From contig JANOPS010000127.1 in assembly GCA_031421995.1 (NCBI GenBank), positions 2,326 to 66,325 on the forward strand: a DNA stretch of 64,000 nt, given 5' to 3'. Under the pieces are notes generated by a model that was given only the letters and a program-made list of their open reading frames with translations, was not told the DNA's origin and made no database searches. Position 1 is the first letter of the stretch. Each line of letters begins with the position of its first letter. Positions 8,799 to 18,904 of this stretch are shown in pieces. A program made the position numbers and the translations under genes. Source of the DNA: Gemmatimonadaceae bacterium (GTDB lineage Bacteria; Gemmatimonadota; Gemmatimonadetes; Gemmatimonadales; Gemmatimonadaceae).

Positions 8799-9538
8799 TG
8801 GCGGATCCGGCCGTCGCGTTGGTGACAGGCGCTGCGCGCGGTATCGGTGCCGCGACTGCGTCGCGCTTCGTGCGCGATGGCGCGACCGTCTTTATGGCGG
8901 GTCGCGATATCGCGTCTTTGGAGGCGCACGCGTCCACGCTGAATGCGGTGGGCCCCGGGACGGCGATCGCGCTCTCGCTGGACGTGTCCGATCCGTCGTC
9001 GATTGCGGCCGCCTTCCGCGTGGTCTTCGCGACGTCGCGTCGGCTGGACGTCCTCGTGAACAACGCCGGCGTCATGGAGCCTGGACTGATCGGTGCCATC
9101 ACTGACCTCGCGCTGGCGCGTGCCTTCGCTATCAACGCCACCGGTTCCATTCTGTGTCTGCAGGCCGCTGCACGACTCATGCAGCGGCAGAAGCACGGTG
9201 CCATTGTCAACGTGTCGTCAGTGCTGGCGACACGCGCGGCCGTCGGAAAGACCGCCTACGCCGCGTCAAAGGCTGCGATCGAGGCAGCAACACGTTCGGC
9301 CGCCCTTGAACTCGCGCCCTGGGGTATTCGGGTCAACGCCGTCGCACCGGGATGGATCGACACGGAGTTAGTCGCGCATCTCTCGGCGGCGGCGCGTGTC
9401 GAGACGCAGCGTCGCGTGCCGATGGGACGGCCCGGACGACCCGACGAAGTGGCGACGGTGATTGCGTTTCTGGCCAGTCCGACCGCGTCGTACGTCACCG
9501 GGGCGATTGTTCCGGTCGACGGCGGATACGCGCCATGA
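8798..9538 (+). CDS. SDR family oxidoreductase (FabG-like 3-oxoacyl-ACP reductase)
   Basis: TGAARGIG, NNAG, YAASK and NAVAPG motifs. Confidence 0.9.
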   Translation: MADPAVALVTGAARGIGAATASRFVRDGATVFMAGRDIASLEAHASTLNAVGPGTAIALSLDVSDPSSIAAAFRVVFATSRRLDVLVNNAGVMEPGLIGAITDLALARAFAINATGSILCLQAAARLMQRQKHGAIVNVSSVLATRAAVGKTAYAASKAAIEAATRSAALELAPWGIRVNAVAPGWIDTELVAHLSAAARVETQRRVPMGRPGRPDEVATVIAFLASPTASYVTGAIVPVDGGYAP

Positions 9539-10959
9539 TCGGCAGACTTCATCCGCCGTGTGATGGCGTTGCGTTTGTGTCACCGGCCACCACCAGCACG
9601 TTGACGTACGCCCAACTCCATGCGCTTGTGCGTGACACGGCGGCGCGTTGGACGGCGTCGCGTCGGCAGCTTGTCTTCCTCCGAGTTCGGAACGATCTGG
9701 CGAGCGTGCTTGCCTTTTTGTCGCTCCGCGAGGCCGGGCACGTGGTGGTGCTGGTGGACCATGCGCTGGCGCCTGAACTGCTCGACGCGTTGGTGAGCAC
9801 GTACCATCCGGAGCTCATTGTTTCCGGCGACAGCCGCGATCAGGCTGATCAGGCACCGTCGGGCGGCGAACTGGTGGAGATGGGCAATGTCTCGTGCATG
9901 GTCGTCGCGTCACGTCCCGCCCATGCATCCGACCTGTATGACCAGCTCGCCTTCTGCCTGACCACTTCGGGATCGACGGGAAGTCCAAAACTGGTTCGTC
10001 TCAGCGAGTCGGCGCTCACCGCCAACGCGCGATCGATCGCCGTAGCACTGGACATCTCGAGTGCGGACCGTGCCATCACGTGTCTGCCGCTGCACTACGC
10101 CTACGGCCTGTCCATTCTCACAAGTCATCTGGCGGCCGGCGCCTCGGTGGTGCTCTCGGAAGACCGCATCATGGACGGCGCCTTCTGGTCGACCGTACGC
10201 GAGCATGCGGTGACCTCGTTGGCGGGTGTTCCGTATACCTACGAAATGCTCGAACGGCTCGGGTACGGACGTGTGATTCCGTCGAGTGTCCGGACCATGA
10301 CACAGGCCGGTGGACGGCTCTCGGACGCGGCCACCCTTCGCGCGCACGCCTTCATGAGCGAACGTGGGGGTCGCTTTCATGTCATGTATGGACAGACGGA
10401 AGCCACCGCGCGCATGGCCGTTCTACCCCACGGTTGGTTGCCCGAGCACATCGGATGTGCGGGACGCGCCATTCCGGGAGGCACACTTGCCGCGTGTACG
10501 GAAGCCGGTGTGCCGCTGGGACCCGACGAGGAAGGCGAGATTGTATACCGTGGACCGAACGTGATGCTCGGCTATGCCACGACCCGCGAGGACCTCGCGC
10601 TCGGAGACGTACAGCGTGGGGTGCTGCGCACGGGAGATCTCGGCGTGGTGAGTGCCATCGGTGCAGTTCGGATTACGGGTCGGCTCAAGCGCATGGGCAA
10701 GCTCTTTGGTGTGCGCGTGGATCTCGACATGCTCGAAACGCTGGCGGGAACAACGGCGCCGGCCGCGGTCATCGAAGGCGACAACGCCCTCATCATCTTT
10801 GCGGCAGGCGGTGACGCGGTGGATCTCGAGGCGATGCGCGCGCGCATCGCGTCACGTCTCAACGTGAAGCAGCGCGTCATCGATGTGCGGCGTATCGCGG
10901 AGCTTCCGCGGACGTCGTCCGGCAAAGTGGATTATCCCACGCTCCGAGCGTGCGCATGA
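9535..10959 (+). CDS. AMP-dependent acyl-CoA/acyl-ACP ligase
   Basis: TTSGSTGSPK, MYGQTEA, TGDLG, GRLKR and PRTSSGKVD adenylation motifs; start at ATGA overlap 9535. Confidence 0.9.
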   Translation: MIGRLHPPCDGVAFVSPATTSTLTYAQLHALVRDTAARWTASRRQLVFLRVRNDLASVLAFLSLREAGHVVVLVDHALAPELLDALVSTYHPELIVSGDSRDQADQAPSGGELVEMGNVSCMVVASRPAHASDLYDQLAFCLTTSGSTGSPKLVRLSESALTANARSIAVALDISSADRAITCLPLHYAYGLSILTSHLAAGASVVLSEDRIMDGAFWSTVREHAVTSLAGVPYTYEMLERLGYGRVIPSSVRTMTQAGGRLSDAATLRAHAFMSERGGRFHVMYGQTEATARMAVLPHGWLPEHIGCAGRAIPGGTLAACTEAGVPLGPDEEGEIVYRGPNVMLGYATTREDLALGDVQRGVLRTGDLGVVSAIGAVRITGRLKRMGKLFGVRVDLDMLETLAGTTAPAAVIEGDNALIIFAAGGDAVDLEAMRARIASRLNVKQRVIDVRRIAELPRTSSGKVDYPTLRACA

Positions 10960-12077
10960 CCGCCGTCGCCTTGCCCGCCACGCGTGGTGTCGAAACACGG
11001 AAACGGGAGCAGCAGTTCGCCATTCCGCAGTACATGCTGTTGGCGGCTGACAAGCAGCCCATGCTGCTGCGCAGCCTGAACGCGCTCACGGCGCACCATC
11101 GCGCGGCCTCACCAACCTACGCGCGCATGATCGACGCGCTCTTTGATGACCGCGGTGCCGATGCACCTGACCTCGCATCGGTGCCTTTTCTGCCCGTTGG
11201 CATATTCAAATCGCACCAGCTGCAGAGCATTCCGGACAGTGAAATTGCCACGGTGTTGGTCTCGAGCGGCACGACGGGACAAATACCCAGCCGCATTGTG
11301 CTCGATCACGCGACCGCCACGCGACAGCGTGTTGCGTTGGCGAGCATCATGGGGACGCTGCTTGGACCGCGACGTCTGCCGATGTTGGTGCTTGATGCAC
11401 CGGGCATCATCAGAGCGAAGGGGCCACTCACTGCTCGCGGTGCCGGTGTTCTTGGCATGATGACGTTCGGTGGTGCGCACGTGTTCTGCCTGGATGATGC
11501 GCTGACGATTCAGCGCGATGTCATCGAGCAGTTCCTCGCGAAACATGGGCATGCGCCCTTTCTCATCTTTGGCTTCACGTTCCTCGCGTGGCAGGCGCTG
11601 ATTGAGCAGCTGCCCGTCGGCTTCCTCGATCTCTCCAATGGTATTCTCGTGCACTCGGGAGGGTGGAAGACGCTCGAGGCACGCGCCGTGACCGACGCGG
11701 TGTTCCGGCAACGGCTGTCTGAGGCCACGGGACTTACCCGGATCCACAATTTCTATGGTATGGTGGAACAGGTGGGCAGTGTGTTCCTGCAGGGCGACGA
11801 TGGATTGCTCTATCCTCCTGATTTCGCCGACGTGCTGATCCGCGATCCGCGCTCCCTTGAAATCGTCCCGCATGGGACGGAGGGCGTGATTCAGGTTGTG
11901 AGTGTGCTGCCGCATAGCTATCCGGGGCATTCGATCCTCACCGAGGACCGAGGGGTGATCGTGCACGAGGACGCGCCGTACAGTTCTCGATGCGGCAAGG
12001 GTTTTCGTGTGCTTGGGCGCGTTCCGCGCGCGGAACTTCGCGGCTGCAGTGACGTCATCGCCACGGGGATGCCGTAA
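10956..12077 (+). CDS. LuxE-family acyl-protein synthetase
   Basis: PFLPVGIFK, SSGTTG, HSGGWK, NFYGMVEQVG, PGHSILTEDRG and C-terminal ELRGCSD with the acylated Cys. Confidence 0.9.
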   Translation: MTAVALPATRGVETRKREQQFAIPQYMLLAADKQPMLLRSLNALTAHHRAASPTYARMIDALFDDRGADAPDLASVPFLPVGIFKSHQLQSIPDSEIATVLVSSGTTGQIPSRIVLDHATATRQRVALASIMGTLLGPRRLPMLVLDAPGIIRAKGPLTARGAGVLGMMTFGGAHVFCLDDALTIQRDVIEQFLAKHGHAPFLIFGFTFLAWQALIEQLPVGFLDLSNGILVHSGGWKTLEARAVTDAVFRQRLSEATGLTRIHNFYGMVEQVGSVFLQGDDGLLYPPDFADVLIRDPRSLEIVPHGTEGVIQVVSVLPHSYPGHSILTEDRGVIVHEDAPYSSRCGKGFRVLGRVPRAELRGCSDVIATGMP

Positions 12078-13333
12078 TGCTGGCCGCAACACGACCACGG
12101 AGCGTGGAGGCCGCCGCGCCGGCATGTACGGACCTCGCCACGTCGGTGTCCGCGCAATTCTCGCTCGCACCGTTGTTGCAACCGTTCGACGCCAGAACGC
12201 TGGCCTTCACGACGGACCTTTCGCGCGCCCTCGCGTCCGATCGAGAACTCCGCGGCCACGGCGCCGCGCAGGCCCTTGCGTACTGGCTGCGTCCCACGGA
12301 AACGCGACGCCTGCAGCAGTACGTCCGGGCGATTGAAGGCGACAATGCCGTTCTGGTTCCCCGTGGCACCGTGTTTCATGTGCCTCCGTCAAACGTGGAC
12401 ACGTTGTTTGTCTATTCCTGGGCTCTGGCACTGCTGGTTGGCAATCGCAACGTTGTCCGTTTGTCGACGACGCTCAGCGGCCTTGGCGCATATATCGCGT
12501 TCCTGACCGAGTCGGTCCTGGCACGCCCGGTGCACGCCGATGTCGCCGCGGGCACGGCCTTTGTGCGTTATGGACACGAAGCCGAGCCGACGCGTGCCCT
12601 GTCGGCACTCTGCGATGTGCGCGTGTTGTGGGGTGGCGATGCCGCCGTCAGCCGCCTACGTGCCGCGCCGTTGGCGCCGCACGCCATAGAACTCGTGTTT
12701 CCGGACCGATACAGTTTTGCCGCGCTGCACGTTGGTGCGGTCGATGCCCTCACCGCCGAGGAGCGCGATGTGCTTGCCGACCGGTTTGCGGCCGACGCGT
12801 TCGTCTTCGATCAACAGGCCTGCGCCTCACCACGGCTGGTGCTGTGGGTTGGCAACGCGGCGTCAATGCATCGCGTGTCTGCGGATTTCTGGACTCGGGT
12901 GGCGAGCGCCACAGCACGTCGCGGGGTGACGATTGACGCCAGCGGCGCCTTGCGGAAATTCACGGTGTCTGCCGCTTGTGCTGCAGATGAATGCGTGGAG
13001 CACATCACCCGTGTCAGCCCTGAGGTGACGGTGGTTCGTCTCGGTTCCCTCGACGGGCTTCAGCGCGTTGCGCCCGGCAGCGGCCTGTTCCATGAGGTTT
13101 GTCTCACATCACTTGAGGAACTCGCTCCCCACCTGCGCCGACGCGATCAGACGCTGACCGTGTTCGGGTTTTCCCGCGATGCGCTCGTCGCAACGGTGCG
13201 CCATCTGAATGGTCGTGGTGTTGATCGCGTGGTGCCGGTCGGGCAAGCGCTGGCCTTTGATCACGTGTGGGACGGCTACGATCTGCTGCAACAGTTCACG
13301 CGCCGCGTCGCCGTGCGCGCAGAGGACGTGTAG
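12077..13333 (+). CDS. LuxC-family acyl-CoA reductase
   Basis: PRGTVFHVPPSNVD, WGGDAAV, FPDRYSF and FDQQACASP with the catalytic Cys. Confidence 0.88.
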   Translation: MLAATRPRSVEAAAPACTDLATSVSAQFSLAPLLQPFDARTLAFTTDLSRALASDRELRGHGAAQALAYWLRPTETRRLQQYVRAIEGDNAVLVPRGTVFHVPPSNVDTLFVYSWALALLVGNRNVVRLSTTLSGLGAYIAFLTESVLARPVHADVAAGTAFVRYGHEAEPTRALSALCDVRVLWGGDAAVSRLRAAPLAPHAIELVFPDRYSFAALHVGAVDALTAEERDVLADRFAADAFVFDQQACASPRLVLWVGNAASMHRVSADFWTRVASATARRGVTIDASGALRKFTVSAACAADECVEHITRVSPEVTVVRLGSLDGLQRVAPGSGLFHEVCLTSLEELAPHLRRRDQTLTVFGFSRDALVATVRHLNGRGVDRVVPVGQALAFDHVWDGYDLLQQFTRRVAVRAEDV

Positions 13334-13462
13334 TCATGCGGCATCGCTTTGCAAGCCTTTGCACAATCACGCGATGGTCACGGCCCACTTCTTGTATGAC
13401 GGAGCGCTAGCTATGCCCCGGGATACATGGGCGTCAACGAGCACCTTCTCCCTGTCACTGCA

Positions 13463-14527
13463 ATGATGAGCACTCAACACGCGGATATCGGCGTCGGCAT
13501 AATCGGTTGTGGCTATTGGGGCCCGAACCTGATCCGGAACTTTGACCGTCATCCACGGTGCCGGGTCGAACGCGTCGCCGACGTTCGCCGCGAGCGGGCG
13601 GAGGCGATTGCGCGTGAGTTTCACGTGCCGGCCGCGAACGATGATCCCGCGTCGGTGATAGACGACCCGCGCGTTCGACTGGTGGTCATTGCGACGCCCG
13701 CGGTAACACACTTCCCGCTTGCACGTCGCGCGTTGCTGGCGGGGAAGCACGTCCTGGTCATGAAGCCGTTCACCACCTGTACCGAGCACGCCGAGGAGCT
13801 GATCGCGCTTGCGCATCGACAGGGGCTTGTGTGCGCCGTCGACCACACGTTCGTGTATACCGGCGCCGTGCAGAAGATGTACGAGACGATGCACGACGGG
13901 TCGATGGGTGATCTGTTCTACATCGATAGTGTGCGCATCAACCTTGGACTGTTCCAGAGCGACGTCAACGTGCTCTGGGATCTCGCGCCGCACGACCTCA
14001 GCATCATCGACTACCTGCTTGACGGCCAGGACCCGACCGCGATCCATTGTCTCGGGGCGGCACACGCAGGCGGCAATCAGGAGAACATCGCGTACCTCAC
14101 GGTCACGTATCCAGGCAATGTCCTGGCCCATGTCCATGTGAATTGGCTCGCGCCTGCCAAGGTACGGCGCACGATTGTGGGTGGCTCGCAGCGGATGATT
14201 GTGTATGACGACGCGGAGCCTTCGGAGAAGATCCGGATCTATGACCGAGGGGTGTCCATCGAAAAGAGCTCGTCGGCGGAAGAAGTGTATCAACAGTTTG
14301 TCAGCTACCGACAAGGCGATATGCTCGTCCCGCAGATCAGCGGCCGCGAAGCGCTTGCCGTTGAGGTCGAGCATTTGGTGGAGTGCATCCAGACGGGAGC
14401 GGCGCCGCGGAGCGACGGCCGGTCCGGTCTCCGCGTGGTCCGCATCCTTGAAGCGGCACAACAGCAACTGGAAGCGGCGCGCGCGCCAAGCCTGGCACGA
14501 CTCCGACAGGTGATGGGAGCCGCCTGA
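13463..14527 (+). CDS. Gfo/Idh/MocA family NAD-dependent sugar dehydrogenase (WbpB/WlbA-like)
   Basis: GVGIIGCGYWGPNL, IATPAVTHF, GKHVLVMKP, WDLAPHDLS motifs; an alternative start at 13427 is possible. Confidence 0.88.
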   Translation: MMSTQHADIGVGIIGCGYWGPNLIRNFDRHPRCRVERVADVRRERAEAIAREFHVPAANDDPASVIDDPRVRLVVIATPAVTHFPLARRALLAGKHVLVMKPFTTCTEHAEELIALAHRQGLVCAVDHTFVYTGAVQKMYETMHDGSMGDLFYIDSVRINLGLFQSDVNVLWDLAPHDLSIIDYLLDGQDPTAIHCLGAAHAGGNQENIAYLTVTYPGNVLAHVHVNWLAPAKVRRTIVGGSQRMIVYDDAEPSEKIRIYDRGVSIEKSSSAEEVYQQFVSYRQGDMLVPQISGREALAVEVEHLVECIQTGAAPRSDGRSGLRVVRILEAAQQQLEAARAPSLARLRQVMGAA

Positions 14528-15684
14528 TGATCGCCCCCGCCGTGATGTCGGTGGCCCCGACAGACCGTCAGACGACAGAGGCCATACCCTTTCTTGATCT
14601 TGTGGCGCCGCATCGCGAGATCGAAGAGGAACTTGTCGCCGTCTTCCGCAACGCGCTGCGCACCGCCGCTTTCGTCGGTGGACCGGATGTGGAAGGCTTC
14701 GAACGTGATTTTGCCGCATATGTGGGCACGCCGTATGCCATTGGCGTGGCCAATGGCACCGATTCGCTGCGCTTCATCTTTCAGTCGCTGGGGGTGGCCG
14801 CTGGCGATGAAGTGATCACGGCGTCGCACACCTTCATTGCCACGTCGGAGGCGATCACACAGGCGGGCGGTAGACCGGTGTTCGTCGATATTGACCCGGT
14901 CACCATGACGCTTGATCCTGCGGCAGTCGCGGCGGCCATCACTCCGCGAACGGTCGGCATTGTCCCTGTGCACATCTACGGGCAGTCTGCGGACATGGAT
15001 CCCCTGCTTGCGTGCGCACGAAAGCACGGGCTGTGGGTGGTAGAAGATGCGGCGCAGGCTCACGGCGCACGATACCGTGGCCGAGCGGTCGGGTCGATCG
15101 GAATTGCCGGATCGTTTTCCTTCTATCCGGGCAAGAACCTTGGCTCCTGCGGCGAAGGGGGCGCGGTGACGACGGCCGACCCCGCCATTCGTGAAGGCGT
15201 GCGGCGGTTGCGTGAGCACGGGCAGCGTGAGAAGTACGTGCACGTTTCTGAAGGCTATAACGGTCGATTGCACGCCATTCAAGCCGCGATCCTTCGGATC
15301 AAACTTCGGGAGCTCGCGTCCGCGACGGCGGGCCGCCAACGGGTCGCAGGCTGGTACGCCGAGGCGCTTGCCGATATCTCCGAGCTTGAACTGCCGCGCA
15401 CAGCCGCGTATGCCGACCATGTCTGGCATCTGTACGTCGTGCGCACCGCGAATCGCGAGGCCTTGCGCCACGCATTGACCTCCGCGCGCATCGAATCGGG
15501 GCTGCACTATCCGATTCCGCTGCATCGACAAGAATGCTACGCGCACCTCCAGTATGCGGCGGGCTCGTTGCCGGTGACGGAGCAGACCGCTGCCACGCTG
15601 CTAAGTCTCCCGATGTTCCCCACGCTTACGCAGGATCAGGTCAGTCGAGTTGCCGACGTGATCCGGACCCACTTCGGCGGATAG
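14527..15684 (+). CDS. DegT/DnrJ/EryC1/StrS PLP aminotransferase (WbpE/WlbC-like)
   Basis: VANGTD, VEDAAQAHGA and FSFYPGKNLG with the PLP-binding Lys intact; GYNGRL. Confidence 0.92.
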   Translation: MIAPAVMSVAPTDRQTTEAIPFLDLVAPHREIEEELVAVFRNALRTAAFVGGPDVEGFERDFAAYVGTPYAIGVANGTDSLRFIFQSLGVAAGDEVITASHTFIATSEAITQAGGRPVFVDIDPVTMTLDPAAVAAAITPRTVGIVPVHIYGQSADMDPLLACARKHGLWVVEDAAQAHGARYRGRAVGSIGIAGSFSFYPGKNLGSCGEGGAVTTADPAIREGVRRLREHGQREKYVHVSEGYNGRLHAIQAAILRIKLRELASATAGRQRVAGWYAEALADISELELPRTAAYADHVWHLYVVRTANREALRHALTSARIESGLHYPIPLHRQECYAHLQYAAGSLPVTEQTAATLLSLPMFPTLTQDQVSRVADVIRTHFGG

Positions 15685-15691
15685 GTTACGC

Positions 15692-16924
15692 ATGGGGACC
15701 GCCACCGAGGACCGACGCCACGTCGTCCTATTCATTGGGGACAGCAGCTATGGCGTGCTCTCGTATCTCACCACGGACCTTGCCCGCGCGCTCATGGCGC
15801 ACGGATGGACGACAGAGGTCGTGGATCTCACGCGACTCTCGCTCGCCACGGAGCTTCGGCGGATTCAGCGCGAGGATCGGGTGCGTTTCTTCTGCGCATA
15901 CTCGGGGTACGGAGCGGATATCATCGCCAATGACCGTCTGCTCTACGACGTGCTGGCGGTTCCGTACGTGGGATTGATGCTCGACAATCCCTGCTACTTT
16001 CCAACGCGGCACCTGACGGCCTCCGAACAGCTGATGCTGTTGCACGGTGATGATGGCCATCACGATGTGTCCGTGGAAATTTCGCCGCGGGGCAGCTGGC
16101 GCGGCCTGTTTCGTCTTGCGTCCACGCCGTCGACCGACGGCGAACGGCCTCTCGCGGCGCGCGCGTATGGGGCGATGTTCGCGAGCAAGGGCGGCGACCC
16201 GCTGCGCTATGAGCGCGAACTCCGCGCGACGCTGGACGCCTCGTCGCGCCGCTTTGTGTTTGAGGTGGCCGCGGCGCTGGGTGCCCAGCACGCGCCGCAG
16301 CGCGTGTGGGAGGTGGCGCGCGCGCACGCGGCGTTACTTGGGATAAGCACGGAACACGCGCCTTCGGTGGCCTACCATACGCTGGTGCTGCGAGCCGATC
16401 ACCTCGCGCGTCTTCGTCGTGCCACCGCCGTCGCTCGCGCCCTCTTGTCTGTTCCTGTCACCTTCGTCGGCGGCGACTGGTCACACCTGCAGTCGCCGAC
16501 CAGCCGCGCCACCTTTCTCCCGCCCGCACCGTTGCCGGTGGTTCGGCGCATGATGGCAAATAGTCGTGTGGTGCTCAACGTGCAACCTGGCACGACGGAT
16601 TCGATGCATGATCGCTTGGTACTCGGCCTTCACGCCGGTGCGGTGGTCGTCTCCGATTCCAACCGTGTCATTCGCGAGCGTGTCGGGCACGACGCCTTTG
16701 TTGTCTGGGACGGCGGCCCCGAGAGTATTGCGGACGTGGTGTCTGACTCAACGCGAGAATCGGCCGCGCTGCAGTCCCGCGCGACGCGTGGGCTGCGCAC
16801 GGCCCGCGAGCGGCTGACGCTGGCACAGATGGCGGCAGCGCTCCTGCAGACCGTCCAATTGCATGGTGCCCAGCGTGCGCAGCCGCCGGCAGTGGCCCAG
16901 CATTCCTTGGCGCGAAGCGCCTAG
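15692..16924 (+). CDS. Glycosyltransferase (CgeB/YkvP-like GT-B C-terminal domain)
   Basis: C-terminal MMANSRVVLNVQP....HDRLVLGLHAGAVVVSD motif; lies within the sugar operon. Confidence 0.65.
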   Translation: MGTATEDRRHVVLFIGDSSYGVLSYLTTDLARALMAHGWTTEVVDLTRLSLATELRRIQREDRVRFFCAYSGYGADIIANDRLLYDVLAVPYVGLMLDNPCYFPTRHLTASEQLMLLHGDDGHHDVSVEISPRGSWRGLFRLASTPSTDGERPLAARAYGAMFASKGGDPLRYERELRATLDASSRRFVFEVAAALGAQHAPQRVWEVARAHAALLGISTEHAPSVAYHTLVLRADHLARLRRATAVARALLSVPVTFVGGDWSHLQSPTSRATFLPPAPLPVVRRMMANSRVVLNVQPGTTDSMHDRLVLGLHAGAVVVSDSNRVIRERVGHDAFVVWDGGPESIADVVSDSTRESAALQSRATRGLRTARERLTLAQMAAALLQTVQLHGAQRAQPPAVAQHSLARSA

Positions 16925-16945
16925 TACCGCATCATACCGCTCTCT

Positions 16946-18862
16946 ATGTCACTCGACGCCGCCAGTACCTGTGCCACGCTCACGGACATCATTGAAGACA
17001 TCGCGGTGCGACTGCGCGCGGCGCATGACTGGCCGCTCATTGCCCCCGCGCCGGACGCCCAACTGGTCGACGAGCTTCGCCGCGCACGCGAGGAGTTCTG
17101 CGCGCAACTCGGCGCGTGTACCGCCGCCGAAGCCAACACGATCCTGAGGTCCGCACTCTTCGCGGTCGGCGAGGCACCTGTGCACACAGGATTGATACAC
17201 GACAGGCCTGAGGCCGCGAGGCAGCGTATTGCCGCCGCGCACGGCATCATGGGCACGGGATGGAACCATCCGATGGCGATCCACGCATTCCTGATCGCTG
17301 TGCTGCACGTGTCACCGCACGAGATGCCGCTGATGCAGGACCTGCACGCCTGCCCTGATGTGGTGGTCGAGCGCTACTTGGCGTGGCTGTTCCGACGCCC
17401 CAATTTCCGGACTATGGGCGACGACGCCCGCTACGTCACCTGGCTTGCCGACATGCTGCAGTGGCTGCGCGCGCAAATCCTGGATGCACGACTGTCCGCG
17501 CGCCTCCCGTTGATGCTGAATCAGGTGCTGCAGCGCCTCGATATCGGCATGATCATCTACAGCGACGTCTCGATCCGGGCCGTCCTTGATGCACGTGCCG
17601 CGCTCCTGGAAACGGTGACCGCACAGGCCAACGTGCTGCGCGGATCGCGCATCGCAGGCCCTGGCCCCCGCCCTCGCGGACGGAAGATTCGTTTGGGATT
17701 CCTGATCCGCACGATCATGCGTCACCCAGATCCCCTCGCCTTCTGCGCCCAATTCGAGCACTTTGATCCCGAGCGCTACGAACTCGTGCTGTACTCACAC
17801 GACCTGGTCGACCGACAGTGCGAGCACGACATCAGTCTCTATCGGCGCATCTTTGCGATCGCAACGGCGATTCATTCGCTGCATGGGTTGTCCGTTCGAC
17901 AGATGATCGACCGCGTCCACGAGGACGATCTCGACATCTTCGTGTATTCGTATGCGGCAACCATCGGCGTCACGCCGACCGAGTGTATGGTGAGCGCGCG
18001 TCTGGCACGCATCCAGGTCGTGATGAATAGCCACGTGCCGCTGGCCACCGGCCTCCCGAGCTTCACCCACGTCGCGACCGTTGCACCACCGGCCGAATCA
18101 CGCGCCTCGGTGATGTCAGAGTGCCGAGAGACACTTGCCGAAATTCCACGCGTGCTGCTGAGCTATCCGCCGGTGCGTCGCGAGGTGCCTGACCGTGTGA
18201 TCACGCGCCAGACGTTGGGGATTGCTGAAAATGTGCCGGTCTTTTACAACGGTGGCGCCGTGGACAAGATTGTGCCACTGCTTGCCCACACGTGGATTCG
18301 GGCGCTTGCGCGGACACCACACAGCCGTCTGGTGCTGGCGCCGTTCAACCCCGGCTGGCTCGGTGTTCGAGGGAAGACCACGTTATCGGGTTTGCTCGAC
18401 ACCGTCTGCGCTCTGGAGGGTGTGGACCGCGGCCGCGTCATCGTATTGCGCGAGCTCAGTCCGCGAGATACACAACAAATTCTCGATTTCACCAGCGTCT
18501 ACCTCGGCACATTTCCTCACGGAAGCTCGACATCGGTGGCGCTCGCCCTGCAGGCGTGCGTACCGGTTGCCACGCGACGGTCTCCCTGGCTTCGTGGGAC
18601 CGGCGATGCCAGTATCGTGTCGTCGATTGGGCTCCACGAACTGATCGCGCCTGACACCGACGCGTATGTCGATCTCGCCGTGCGATTGGCATCCGATCAC
18701 GATTGGAACGCCAATCTGCGGGCCGCCATTGGCGCTGCGCTCCCCGGAGCGCCGTTTCTCAGCGGGACGGAGTACGGGCACGGCCTGCAGCGCATGTTCG
18801 ACACGTTGGCACAGGAGGCCTTCGGGTACCCGGTTCCCACGAGCGTCAGCGAAGCGGCCTGA
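16946..18862 (+). CDS. GT41-family protein glycosyltransferase (O-GlcNAc transferase/HMW1C-like), without N-terminal TPRs
   Basis: RKIRLGFL, LDIFVY, RLARIQ and VYLGTFPHGSSTSVALALQACVPVAT...GLHELIA...YVDLAVRLASD match the GT41 catalytic lobes. Confidence 0.72.
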   Translation: MSLDAASTCATLTDIIEDIAVRLRAAHDWPLIAPAPDAQLVDELRRAREEFCAQLGACTAAEANTILRSALFAVGEAPVHTGLIHDRPEAARQRIAAAHGIMGTGWNHPMAIHAFLIAVLHVSPHEMPLMQDLHACPDVVVERYLAWLFRRPNFRTMGDDARYVTWLADMLQWLRAQILDARLSARLPLMLNQVLQRLDIGMIIYSDVSIRAVLDARAALLETVTAQANVLRGSRIAGPGPRPRGRKIRLGFLIRTIMRHPDPLAFCAQFEHFDPERYELVLYSHDLVDRQCEHDISLYRRIFAIATAIHSLHGLSVRQMIDRVHEDDLDIFVYSYAATIGVTPTECMVSARLARIQVVMNSHVPLATGLPSFTHVATVAPPAESRASVMSECRETLAEIPRVLLSYPPVRREVPDRVITRQTLGIAENVPVFYNGGAVDKIVPLLAHTWIRALARTPHSRLVLAPFNPGWLGVRGKTTLSGLLDTVCALEGVDRGRVIVLRELSPRDTQQILDFTSVYLGTFPHGSSTSVALALQACVPVATRRSPWLRGTGDASIVSSIGLHELIAPDTDAYVDLAVRLASDHDWNANLRAAIGAALPGAPFLSGTEYGHGLQRMFDTLAQEAFGYPVPTSVSEAA

Positions 18863-18904
18863 CCGTGAGCGGGCTTCCGGAAAGCGACCGTTTCCTTCGG
18901 CCCC

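Noticed and set aside
10956-13333. Bioluminescence (lux) operon
   Set aside because: Only luxE- and luxC-like genes are present, with no luxA, luxB or luxD, and the context is sugar/acyl biosynthesis.
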